This document shows positions 1 through 12,941 of a stretch of DNA of 48,799 nt, one piece after another. The notes under the pieces were generated by a model. It was not told the origin of the DNA. It saw nothing but the letters and a program-made list of their open reading frames with translations, and did not search any database. The stretch is from Trichinella spiralis. Lineage: Eukaryota. Each line of letters starts with the position of its first letter. Within the stretch, counting starts at the first letter, position 1. The stretch is from contig NW_003526944.1 of NCBI RefSeq assembly GCF_000181795.1, forward strand, positions 4,570,646-4,619,444, given 5' to 3'. The position numbers and the translations under genes were made by a program.

Positions 1-839
1 TGAGAAACGGACACTTGATTAGTGTGTTTAGTTGTTGAGAAGTTCCAATCTATTCTTGTGATATTAATTAGAAATTGTCAAAATTCTGCAAAATTCCACA
101 TCTGCTAACTTTACGTCTCGTTTCTGAATCAACCTTTTTTCAATTCTGACATTCAAAGTTTAAACATTTCGGGACATTCATTCACCTATTAGATCATTTC
201 TATGGTGACATTCTTATACTTTGTTTTTCAGTATACTTTTTGACTTCAATTTGTTGCGTTTTATTTAAAAAAGCCTTGGCATTTTTTTAATTATTATTTT
301 TTTAAACAGTTAAATATCATGACGCTTGTTTTGCATTTCTGTGTCATGAAATGTGAGACACTGAGTTTGCGTTGTTTATTTGCAATTTATTTACATTAGA
401 AAAATTTTTTCTTCAACCAAGTGTCATTTGTATTGCAAATATTGCACATGTTTTATCGTGTCATATTTAGCATGAAATATATTTTGCAAGCGGTTAGCTG
501 TTGATATAAACACTTTGATTGACACTCTTCAGCTGATTGTACATATTGCTTGCAATGGATAAATAACTGGAATTTTTATTTTTTGCTGAATTTTGTAAAC
601 ATAAAAAGTTATAAATTGATATTCATATTTTGCCTTTTTTTCAAATCTGTAATTTCTTCAGTTGAATGTATGTTCAATTTCAGTTTGAAACTTAATTGTA
701 ATACGACTTTTTGAAATGAAAATTTTCCTACTGTAGTTTTGAAAAATATCGTACTATGTGATTTTCACGTTAATAATAGTCATGTAAATTGAAAAGAAGC
801 TGTTGTTTCACTTTGATGATTTGATTTTTTTTTATTTAG

Positions 840-2241
840 CTGGCCCGATCGCATTAGCCAAACATTTTTTGGAAGATTCTGAAGAGCCATTTTTTGTTCT
901 TAATTCGGATGTTGTTTGCAATTTCCCTTTTGAAGAGATCAAACGCTACCATAAAAAACATGGTCGAGAAGGGACAATTGTGGTACATTTGTTGTTTATA
1001 TTGAATTGTTGTTTATTGTGTTGTTTATTTTTTTCTAATAATGAAGGTTACTCGTGTCGAAGAGCCATCGAAATATGGTGTGGTTGTGTTCGGTTCCAGT
1101 GGTGTAGTGGACGAATTTGTGGAAAAACCTGAAGAGTATGTGGGAAATAAAATCAATGCAGGCATTTATTTGCTGAATGTCAAATGCCTTGATCGAATTC
1201 CGGTAATTTTATTCAAAGAAAAAACAGATGTTTGACTGTTTCTTTTTTAAACCGAATTCTTTCTTGTTGTTATTCTTCAAAAACAAATTGCTATTGTTTA
1301 GTTCTGTTTTTACATTTTCAGCTGAAGCCTACATCAATAGAAAAGGAAATATTTCCACAAATGGCCTCTGAAGGTCAGCTATGTGCCTTTGTGCTTGATG
1401 GTAATTTTTTCCTCGGTTATTATACATCGTTTGCATTTCTGTTGTGGAAAAAGAAATTTTGTTTTCTTTCAATTTTCAGGCTTTTGGATGGACGTTGGAC
1501 AGCCGAAAGATTTTATAACCGGCAGTGCGTTGTATTTGGAACATTTGAAGAACACTGTTCCAGGCTTGCTTGCCGAAGGATCACAATTTCATGGCAACGT
1601 GCTGATGGTTTGTGTAAAATTGTTCTGGTGTAAATTGTTAATTGTTTCTGTTGATCCATACAGGATCCATCGGCAAAGGTGGGTTCCTTGTGTCGCATTG
1701 GACCGAATGTTGTAATTGGTCCCAACGTGATCATCAGGGATGGTGTCTGTCTCAAGCATACGACCGTGTTGGCTAATTGCGTCATCGAATCGCACAGTTG
1801 GATCAACAACTGTATCATTGGTTGGAAATCATCCATCGGTCGTTGGGTAAGGTGTTCTTTCTTTTCATTAGAAATTTATTCAATTTTCGATTTAATAATT
1901 CTCTTTCTTCTGCTCAATTCGACTGTGCATATATTTATTTATACAACTGTTGTAAAAGATTATATCCAACTTGCAGATTAGTATGTTTTTTTCTTGTTGG
2001 TGAAATGTTTTTATTTTTCATAAAAATATTGTTTTCCTACTGCATTTTATTTTAAAATTAAGTTTGATGTTGCTTTGAGTTGTGCATTTAATTATGTTCA
2101 AAATCATAGGTTCGCATGGAAAATGTATGCGTCTTAGGCGAAGATGTACTAGTAAACGATGAAGTGTATTTGAATGGGGCGAAAATTTTGCCTCACAAAG
2201 GAATTACAGAAAATGTCCCGAAACCGCATATAATTATGTAA
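840..2241 (+). CDS. GMPPB: Mannose-1-phosphate guanylyltransferase beta (GDP-mannose pyrophosphorylase B), 5'-partial; exons 840-982, 1047-1202, 1322-1400, 1480-1607, 1664-1846, 2110-2241
   Basis: Spliced translation gives [57 protein letters not shown], hexapeptide repeats ([11 protein letters not shown]) and the C-terminus [19 protein letters not shown]. All introns are GT-AG and keep phase. The N-terminal GGxGTRLRP exon(s) are not in 1-839. Confidence 0.96.
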
Positions 2242-2973
2242 TCTATTCAACACATTGCCTGGTTGATGGTTCATCATTCAATCCGCTATTTGATTTCCTA
2301 CGGCTAATAGGTAATGTTGGTTATTTTGGTTAACATTTTTCTTCACAATGCTCTGTTATTCTGTGATTGGTTTTCAACGGTTTATTGCAATTTTTTCTTC
2401 CGTTATTTCAACCTGTTGTTGGCTTTAATTGTTACATCGATTGTTCACAGTTGCCAAATTATTGTTGCTGTTATACTTGAATAATTCAACTTTTCCCTTG
2501 ATTCATTGTTTTGCATTTTTTCCATAATTTGGTGATTGATTGAATTATTCGTCCATTCGACATGCAAAAATGAGAGATTGAAGTTGATATGAAATAACAT
2601 CTCGAATAATGGTATGCATGATTTTTCTTATTTGTTTATTTCATTTCGTTCGTAGACGATGCAAGGTTGTTAATTTTTTTATGCAAGTGAAGTTTCGTTG
2701 AGAGTTAGGACAATTTAATGCGAATGGTAGAAATAGCAATTGAACCGCTTCTCTTCGCCTGGCAATGAACTTTTTCAAAAGTAATAATAATAATCACAGT
2801 GAAATCACATCCGTCAAGCTATGTATTTTTTTTAAGTATGCAAGCAAGTCTTTCATCTGAGTGGAAGAGTAAGCAACAGCCAAGGGAAGCTGTGAGCTCG
2901 TTAGCTCAGTGTCAGCGTTTTCCAATTCAGCTTTGAATTGTATTTCTGCTACAGTTTATTATTATTATTATCA

Positions 2974-5589
2974 TTATTGTACAGTACCGTTGTTGTCTTC
3001 ATTGTCTCTTCGGTTGGTACTGGGCACGATCATCTGTACAAACTCTTCGTAGTTGATCTGCTCATCTCCATCTTTGTCCACTTCGCGGATAATCTCGTCC
3101 ACTTCTTCTTCGGTGAATTTTTCGCCCATTGTAGTCATGAAATGGCGAAACTCTTGAGCAGTGATGAACCCATTTCCATCTTTGTCAAACACCCTGTGAA
3201 TATGACGTTTGTATTCGATCAGTGCAATATGAAGAAGATGAGGACGGGAGGCGGGGATGGGTGGGGGCGGAGGAAGGGGAGAGGATAATTAAAATAAGCA
3301 AGCTTTGATATTTACCGGAAAGCGAGACGAACCAATTCTTGGTCAGTTTCCTTGTTCATGCACTTCATCATTCGGCAAAATTCGACAAAGTCGATTTTCC
3401 CATTGCCGTCGACGTCGAATTCGTTGACCATATTCAACAGTTCATCTTCAGTTGGATTGAGTCCCAGCATGCGCATTGCAACGCCAAGCTCTTTGATGTT
3501 GATCGTGCCGTTGCTATCCCTGTCGAACATCTGAAATGGAAAGCAAACATTTGCATAATGAAATGTGACCATCAAAGAAGATATTGTGAAAAATTAATTG
3601 ATCATCATCAGATTTGTGTGGGAAAAATTATTTTTCACTCATCCATCATTTGAATTTGTTTATTTCATTTTTGATAACGATCAATATATGTTTACTGATG
3701 AAGAAGACGTTTCCATCACTTTCACTTCAATATTGCTATAATTTAATTGTTGTTGTTGTTGTTGTTGTTTTCTTTGTGGTGATCATTTTCCTCGAAGCGT
3801 GCACGCGGGAGGTTTACGCCATGGATTGATTTCACGTTAACAGTAGCTGGACGGCCGCTGAGCCGGCGGACATTGATGATGCAATAATGCATGACTGACC
3901 ACTGCTTGCAACGGTGACGTTTACAATTCATTTCATTAGTGCGGATGTTGGAAACTACTAATAGTAAGTAGTCAGGCATATTGGCGCAGCATTCTTATTC
4001 AAATTCAAACAAACACTGCTCTGCTTTTACTGATAATTTTCAAAGTTGGTGTATGCAAATGGAAACATGTAAAGGAACCGTTTTGGTCGACACAAATCTA
4101 TACTGTGTTTTTCTAATGCTTAGACCACTGAACTTCCTTCTATACCATCAGGAAGTTGAACTTCGATTCCTATTGAAAACATGCAGATGAGAAAATGGAA
4201 AATTATTGTTCAACAATTCTCGTTACTAGGCGTATTTTTGTTAATTGGAAAGCACGTCGATGATTGTTCAACTGTTCTCGGACAAAAAAGCAATTTAATT
4301 GAAGAAAATTTGCATGCTTGATTGGAAATTTATCTTTTAAATTGCTGCAATAATAATTTCTCTTCTGATAATAATAATAAGATGTTGATGATAATGATGA
4401 GAGCAGGAGGAACTCGATTCACATCAAGTGCAGGCATTGTTTTTTATATCATTTGACACGTATGCTGCTTCTTTTTCACACAGTTGCCACTAATGGTATT
4501 TTTGAAATTGTCCAAATCAAATTTACCACCAAGGCGTGGATCGAATTGGTTAAATTGTTCCGAAGTAATTTGGGCAATTTTAAAGTGGAGAAAAACAAAA
4601 TAGACAGAAAGAATAAAATTCTGCACGAAGCTGATCACTTGCAGTGGAGGAATTATTGAATGAAAATTTTCACAACTGATCCGGAGGTTTTTCTTTTAAT
4701 TTTGTCCCGGTTTTTTCATAATGGGCGTGTTTTTGAAAAATTTGCTTAATCGAACCAGAAACATTACAACAACTTCAAAGCCGAGCTTACACTGCGACGT
4801 GCATCCCGGTGAAATGATGCGCCGACATTGGCAGTGCTTGTGAAGTATCCAAGTTGTAAATTGTTCTTCCACCCCTGCCAGACAGAGTCTTCATTGTTGT
4901 GCACGCAGCCTCGACGGCTGCAATCGATCGTTTCACCGTTGGCAGTTTTTTCCATTTTTTCACGCCTTCATCGTCACATTTTGGACTGAATTGATGAAAA
5001 ATTAACGCTGCTAGTGACAGGCGCATTTTGTTGCGTTTTTTATTTCTTTTGCTAAATTGGTTAATGCACACAACTGGTGTCAAAAGAAGCCCAATCTGTC
5101 AACGAGTGTCTAGTCGATATGATATATGTGCATGTACATGTATATGGATATATGGATATGTATAAAGAGTTCTTCTTTTGATTGTTTTTTTCCTCTTTCC
5201 ATTTCATACAAATATATATCACTAGATAGATGTTCTGGATATCATGTTGCCAAGTTGTGTTGTGGATGAAGGGATTTTCTGTTTTATTTTTTTAACTTAA
5301 AACTTTTTGAATTTTAATTAATTATTATATCTGAAATTTTCTGTTGGGAAAGGTTAATTTTCTGAAAATGATCCTCACATCAAATTAACATCGAATAGGA
5401 GGAATATGATAGAGGTAGAGGCGGAAGAGTTAGTTTGAGAATTAGGCTTACTTTGAAAGCGGCACTGAATTCTTCCAGTTCCTCTTCAGTGTAGGCGTTG
5501 AGACGAGGCGAGACCAGGGTCTTGACGACAGTATTTCGGTTTTTGGACTCTTGGGATATTCGGCCGAAAGCTTTCGACGCCCATTCCAT
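2974..5589 (-). CDS. Calmodulin-like four-EF-hand protein (nematode cal-2/cal-4 type) with N-terminal extension; exons 5589-5452, 3530-3316, 3193-2974
   Basis: EF loops [48 protein letters not shown]; the upstream exon supplies [14 protein letters not shown] with a GTAAGC donor and joins MFDRD in phase. Start codon uncertain. Confidence 0.9.
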
Positions 5590-7352
5590 ATTCAAGCTAC
5601 AGATGATCGCAACGACAAACGGTCGGTTGGTCAGCTTTTCTGACCTGACCGCTCAGGTCGCCCTTGGTCGGTGGAAATGAACACTAGAGAAAGCAACTCT
5701 TACCGCTCGGAGTCAATGACAGCTCTCGGATTGGACAAGTAAGCGTTAGGCTGAAACTGTCGCATGATTAAGCGCAAAGCAAAGCTGCAGTAATAGTAGA
5801 CGCGAGCAGTCGATGCATGGCGCGATCACAGGTGGCGCACCGCAGCATTGGTTTCAAAAATGAAATATGGAAAATTTTGAAGGGAAATGAGAATTTTTGC
5901 AATTAACAAAACTAACAAAGGAGAAAAAGAGCAATCAGAGAGAGAGAGAAGGCTAAGCTAAGAAAGTGAAAGCGAGAAAATACGCACAGAATGATAATAT
6001 GGGAAAATGGGTTTGGCTTGCTTGGGTGCGGTGGCTGTTGGAGAAGAAAAGAGATGAATCAGCATTTTGCATCGATGACAATGAAATTGCATTAATTACG
6101 ATTGACATCTTTTGCCTTTTAAGTTGGTAATAGTTTACGCAAACGGCCAACCGTTTGCGGTTATTCAAATTCGTTGCTTCTGATCAAGCAGCCAACCGAA
6201 CTGCGATTTTCTCTTTTCTTCTTCATTGTCACCAAATAAAGCCACTCACTCGCTTTGTTTGTTCGTTAATTACGTTCCCTTTCATTCACTTTATCTTTTC
6301 CATCCATCCATTCTTCAAACTTTTACTTTTAACATTTATTCTTTCTTTATTTATTCTTTTTTTTTCTGATTAATTGAAAAAATGAAAATAAGCAATACTG
6401 ACAACAATTTTAAAGCACCACAAAGTTGTATCGAATTTTTCAAGCGCATTATTACGCAAATAGTCATGGATCTCTCTCTCTCTTTCTCTGTTGTTAGTTT
6501 GATCATTTGTTTGATCGCTGCTGTGTTGTTTGTTGGTTTGTTTCTGTTTTTATAAATATCATATGCAAATATTTAAGGGAAAATTTTTTCACGGTGATCG
6601 GTTGTGCTACCGCTAACAGGGGTAAGATTGATTAGCTGATTAATTTCATCTTTTCACAGAAGAAGTTCAATTGAAACCAAATGGTTTTCTACTTGTCACC
6701 TTGAACCGAACGATGCGACTTCATTGTATGCTTAAGTGAATAATTTATTTGACAATGTGCGCTTTCTGCTTTGCTTTAGCATCGTTGGTATTTAGGTTTT
6801 GCTTTAGCATCGAAACATGCATGGGCTATCATTTATTTATTTATTTTTACATTTATATGTACCCAATTTTATCTTTGCGAAAAGATATAAGCAGTATTGC
6901 TGTTTTTTGCTCTGCATTCATCGAATTTAATCATTTTGTGAATGAACGAGACGACGAATGTGCTTTCATTAACGAAAAGTTTACTTTTGGGTATCGTTTT
7001 ACGCGATCGTATAGCCATAATGGGACATTTCAGTGAGTGAGTGGTGAATTCACGTTTGCCAGTGCTGTGCACGTTTTGGTGATGGAAATTCACGTCGACA
7101 ACATTAATATTGCATTATTGAAAGCCGACCTCGAGGCAACATTTCCCATAGTGAAAATGCTATTAAGCAGAGATATTTGTAGTAGATGTTGTGCCAAATA
7201 TTTCTCATCAGCAACTGTAAAATTGATAGACTGGCGTGCATCTCAAATAGATTTGGTTGAATAAGAAGAGAATAAAGCGAACAAGCGCAGCTGCGTATAT
7301 AGGCAGATATTATTGACCGATAATGACTCTTTTTCAAAGTGTGTCTTGTCTG

Positions 7353-7445
7353 CTAGTACTACTACAACTAGTAGTAGCAGTGGTAGTAGTATTAGTGGTA
7401 GTAATAGCAATACTATTAGTAGTAGTAGCGGTAGTAGCGGCATTG
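7353..7445. repeat. Degenerate (TAG/TAA/TGG)n trinucleotide microsatellite
   Basis: tagtagtagcagtggtagtagtattagtggtagtaatagc... read directly. Confidence 0.75.
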
Positions 7446-10400
7446 GCATTTACATGAGCAGAAATTGCTGTCCCTAAAGCTAAAGCTGCAATGAAATTTT
7501 TAATTGATTCTAATCGGCAAGCTGTGATGAGTTGAAAAGAAGAACACCATCCATATTATGCATTTGACATGGACATTGTCGTTAATTTTGACTGTTTTGG
7601 CAATTTATTGAATGTCTTTGAAATTTTGCTGTGCACAATACACAATAAAATACCGCATAATTGAGGAATCATTAATTATTTGACATTGCTCAGACTGGAT
7701 ATTTATTTATGATGAATAAATATCAAGCTAATTCATGGGCCTCATGTTAAAAGTAACTAAACAATGACAAACTGACTGACCAAATTGCTCATTAATTCAA
7801 TATACAATGAATGCATCGATTAGAGAGGTAGAAAACTTTTGAGGTAGAAACAATGAAAAAAAATATTTTTTTTCTCTCATCATGTACTATATGCTCTATT
7901 TGGTGTTTTTATTTATTAATTACTTTTTTTGCTTTTTGTCATAACCAATTGTTTCAGGAAATTGAACACCTGATGTGAGAGAAATTGAAATGCTTTTTTT
8001 TTAATTTCCTTTCACATATTTTTCCAATTTTTAAATCAATAAATGTATCGCATTTGGTTCTAACGCATTTCTTTATTTGCGTGTGCATGTATATGTATAT
8101 ATATATATATATTATAGATATTGTTTCTTTCAATTGTTCTCTTTGAAAACCAACCTATCACTCATGCATATTGCTCATAAATGCAGTAAACGAAAGATAT
8201 TTTTTGAAAAAAAATAATAGCCACGATTACTCAAATATTGTTTTTGGTTATTGTTTGTTGCATTCAAAAATATCCAATGTAAAATGAGGATGGAGAGAAC
8301 TTTGAAGAGGGGAGATGCAATGCGTGTTCAGTGTGATGATGATTGCACGTCGAGAACAAGTTGCACAGATTTTTCACTTATTCAAATTTATCTTCTGATG
8401 GTCAGAACTGAAATCTTGTCAAACTAGCATTCCAATGTAAAAGAGAAAATTGCTTCTTCTTCTTCTCTTTTTCAACTAAACTACTCTTGCATTCTTTCTT
8501 GTCTTATTTTTACAATTGCCATCAACAATGGGATAAATATTTTTGTTTATTTTAAATTTGCATAATTCAGTGAATACAAAATAACAAACAAAGGAACTAA
8601 CAATAATAACATAATAGTATAATAATTTGCATACGCAGTTGCACGACTGAAATACAACGTTTTATTTTGTTTGTTTATTTTTTTTAAAATAAATGATTTA
8701 AATTTGAAATTCGCTTTTACGTCAAACGTGTGGGTGTGTCGTAAAGATGGTTGGAAAAAGATTTTCACTATTGCGTCAAAGGCTTTTTTCCTTCTGCACA
8801 TTTTGGATGGCGCTTTTTAAATTGAAGAGCACGTGCATTTGCCACTTCACGCGTGTGTATATGTGTATATTTGAGAGACCGCATTGCTCTGATTTACACT
8901 TTATTTGATTTACACAACTTCGGCTTGTAGAAAAACTGAAACAAATGGCTGCTAACTTATTCATTTTACATAAAGCTCTCAATCTTTTTTTCTTTGTATC
9001 TCTTTCTTTTTCAACTAACCGAATCTCATGGAACTTTTTTCTTAAAATAATATTAATAATTGTTGTTGTTGTAATTTTTAAATATAATAAAATATTGTTT
9101 CTTCTAATCTTATTTGTATGCTTTTTATAACAATTGAACAATTTTATAATGCAATATGCTTGATTGAAATGCTGCCGCTTTGGAGAATTTGAAAATTTTT
9201 TTACAAATATAAACTTCAGTGTTATTATTTATTGCTTATGGAATGGCAATATGCGTCATTGAAATTCATCATCTTATTATCATCATTATATACGTTTCTT
9301 CAACATCTTCATCTGCGGTTGTCTTTCTTGGGACATTGGACTGTGTACGAATGTGACGTGCGATAAATTGTCGTGTATTTCTTTATTTGTGTATTGCACA
9401 CATATTTAATGATCGATTTGTTGAAATCAGATTTTCTGCTTCACTGAATCGTTTCAAATTTGGAAACTTTCTTGTTCAGGTAATTGGTGACAATTTGGTA
9501 CCATTAAAACCAATTCAGTTTTCAATTAATTTTCCCTTTCAGATATTCAAATTCAAAAATTGCAAAAACAAGCATCATTTAGCTTTCACTGTTTTTTAAC
9601 TGCTTTCATTATTTTTTTCACCTTTTCTGTTGTTTGTTTCGAACTCTTTTTTTTCAGCATGGAAAATTGACAACATTTTTGGTTCAGATTTGATGAGAAT
9701 AAAAATTGACGGCGTCATTTTTGACATTTTTAAACGAGAGATTGATGCAAGAATGTGATTAATAAATATTTTGATTATATGCATATATGGTCGAGGATGA
9801 TAATATCGGCTTGCTCAGCTTTAGTAATTGAAAAATAAATGACCTTCTATTGATCATACAGATTGTGCTTCAGTTCAAAATTTCCAGTAATATTCAACTT
9901 TGCCGACAGTGATTTTTGTAAATTTTAACTTCAACAAATAAATATAAAAGATGGAATGAAACTTTCGCCTGTTTGGTCTTCATGATTATTACCGGTCTTA
10001 TTTGGAAGAAGGATATTTGATTCAACGAAACATATTAACAACAACAACAACAGCCAAATAACGATATTTTAATATTGAAATTAATCAATCATCCGATCCT
10101 ATTTATTTGTTCTGAATAAACTTTCATTTTCATTTCCTTGTTGAAAAAATATTCAATAAATTATGCTGTTTTCTGAATTGTTTTAACAATATGAATATGA
10201 ATTATTTTTCAAAGAATGCAGTGCTGTTTTGTTCACTGTTGTTGCTGCTATTACTAAAATCGACCCCTCTTTGTCCGTTACAAAATCCACCATCTATTTT
10301 GATATGTATGTACGAAAGTATTGTTTCATTTTGGGAGAAGGAAAATTTTTATTATACAATGAATGATGAATTCAAACGTAATCATCAAAACAATCATTTT

Positions 10401-11048
10401 TTCTTTTCATAAATTTCCTTTTGAAAGTTGAAATTATTTATATGCAACTAATTCATGGATTATTGTGCATTTTCAAAATAAAACCGTTTTTCATTAGAGA
10501 ATATTACGTGAATATATTTTAAAAAAAGAATTTTTTAAAAGAATATATGTAAATGTTTGCTTAATTTATTCGTATTCCATGCCTAGTATTACTGTTGGTA
10601 TTTAATTCTTTTTTTCTGGATACTATACTAAACTTGTCAATTCAAAACAGATAATTAATAATTTAAAAAAGGAATATAGCATAAAATTTGTTCAACTTTT
10701 TTAACAGCACTGCAAATACAAAAATGAAATAATTGAAATATTAAAACTTTTAATTTTTGTACATTTCTACTTGTTTTCAAATTTATCATTACAGTAATAT
10801 AATTTTTGATTTGTCTAATTCATTACTCATGTTGTTCAATAAATATTTTATTTTTTAAATATCTCTTTTATTTTGAATTAAAAATGTAGATAATATGTGC
10901 ACTGTTAATAAATTATTTATTTATTTACTTATTTGCATATTTAACAAACTTGCACATCAATTTAACGAACGTATTCACTGCAAGCGTTGAATATTATTTT
11001 TCAGTAATTCAGTCAGGGAGTGTATTTCCGTAATCTTCGCGGATAGAG

Positions 11049-12149
11049 ATGGCAAACTGCGGCTTGTTGTCCAAGCTTTTCAGGCAGAAGAAATTGTTCC
11101 ACAGCACGCTTGGAGGACGGTGGTTTTGTGAAAATAAGCCAAATCCTTTAGAGCCGTTCAACTTGATGCAAGAAACGTTGCACGTTTTGGGAATTAATCC
11201 ATTCCGCAGGCTGATGACCGTGCTGACGGTGTTGAAATACCGCAACGCATACGACAGTTCGTTCCGCATCTCTGAATTTGAAGAATCATCGGTGAAAGTA
11301 AAAGTCCATTTGTATCGTAATGTCATGTTCTGTTGGTCAACTTTTGCAGGCATTTTGTGCATTTTCGTCTTTTTTATTTGAAGAAAAATTCGACATTCTG
11401 AAGCAGCTTATGACTAGCGAAGTATGCTAATTCACAGTTTCATTTGTTTGTGCTTATTCAGTTGTATTGATGAAGGCTTTTGAAAAATTGGCCAAAGTCA
11501 TGCCATTTGTGCCGGACAACAAACGATGGATGTTCGATTTGAAAGAATACGACATCTATTTTCGTCGACTTTATTCTGCTGACGTGAAAAAGCATCCAAC
11601 AGTTGGTAATTGTGCAATTGTGAATGTTATTACATTTGCAGAAGTGTTTTGTTTTTATTTTGTTTTATTATATTTTAATTTTTGTTACATCGATCTGTTT
11701 CACACTCATTAGCCGGCGGAATTATGCTTGAATTTCTGATGATATATCATGCGTTCTACAGACGCAAAGAATTCCAAGATCAATTTGATGATGTAACCAT
11801 TGACAAAATAAGCGAACTGAGACATCGTTACATTATGGCAAACGTGCGGTAAAAAATTTCTTTTTCAAATTCTAATTACGGTTTTACGATCATCATTGAA
11901 CAGTTGTTAAATAAGTGTTTAACTTCAACATGTTCAGTATTAATTTTACAAGTTGATCAGTGTAATATTGTACAATCAGTTGCCACAATTTAGTGTTTTT
12001 ATTTCTTTTTTAAATTTTTTTTGTATATACATGGTGAGTGCTGTATTTAGATGATTTTCAGGTACATTAAAGAATTGCGACCCAACTTTTGTGACGATTG
12101 GTCAATAAGTTATGTTAATTACTGTCAGATTCACCCAGGCGAAGGTTAA
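11049..12149 (+). CDS. MAIP1: m-AAA protease-interacting protein 1 (MAIP1/C2orf47-like), mitochondrial; exons 11049-11297, 11350-11421, 11476-11605, 11713-11848, 12062-12149
   Basis: Spliced protein has a basic presequence-like N-terminus, then GINPFRRL..AYDSSFRISEFEESSVKAFCAFSSFLFEEKFDILKQLM..VPDNKR..YIMANVRYIKELRPNFCDDWSISYVNY. This parallels, from memory, human MAIP1 (NPINW..YFDKEFSITEFSEGAKQAF..KFDLLEEL..LPDN..ASYEFQREF..DWTI). All junctions are GT-AG and in phase. Confidence 0.75.
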
Positions 12150-12941
12150 GCCTCGAAATATGAAATGAAACGAAATGTTGTGCTCTAATAAAACACTTGG
12201 TTGCTTTATTCCATCCCAAGTGTTTTGCATAAACTGATGAGCAAGAAGTTTATTTATTTGACATTGCATTTGTAAGTGATGACTTTTTGAATTGTACTGT
12301 TAAATTTTTATGGTTATTTAAAAATGAATTAATTCAATTTTTAATGGAACCATACTTGTGACAGTTTATTAAATTAAACTATTTTACTGAAAATTCTCTT
12401 TGTAAATTATAATTTAATTCATTAAAGCAATGACGTTATGCCAACCGCTGTGGGTTTTTTTTGTGAAGCTTAGTGACAGCAGTGAGTGATCATTTGAATA
12501 TGAATAAATTTGTTACCGTGATTATTTTAATAGGGCACACAATATGCATGCTGTATTGAAAACTGGCTTTTATTAGTTAATGAGAACGTTTTATAGATAA
12601 GTAGCTAGTTTTTTTCACCATACTCGACTGTAACTATGGTGAATTGAATAAGGTGCACTGAAGTTTATTGTAATCTTTTTTTTCTGTTTTTTTTAAAATG
12701 TTTTCTCAAGAAGAGAAAAATCAGCAATAGCAATTAAAACTCAAAGTTGCTTTATTTTTATTATGTAAGCTTAAGTTTTGGCTTGGCTAAACATACGAGA
12801 CGGAAACAAAGAACGCAAGTGAATGATAGAAAAAATGTCTGTGTGAAAAACCAGAAAATGTAAAAGAAAAACCTAATATCAGTCCACGGAAGATTGAAGA
12901 TTGTATTGTTGTTGTTGTTGTTGTTGTTGTTATTCTTATTG

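Noticed and set aside
1..839. Possible 5' exons of GMPPB
   Set aside because: No GGxGTRLRP or PKPL coding sequence found; treated as intron with the first exons outside the window.
2895..2915. TAGCTCAGTG resembling a tRNA A-box
   Set aside because: No B-box or cloverleaf follows.
7243..7449. Leu-rich signal-peptide-like ORF
   Set aside because: Translation artefact of the (TAG)n microsatellite.
5900..11000. Many 60-120 aa ORFs in a 5-kb AT-rich stretch
   Set aside because: Low-complexity F/L/I/K-rich translations with no recognisable motif or consistent exon chain; likely intergenic or regulatory.
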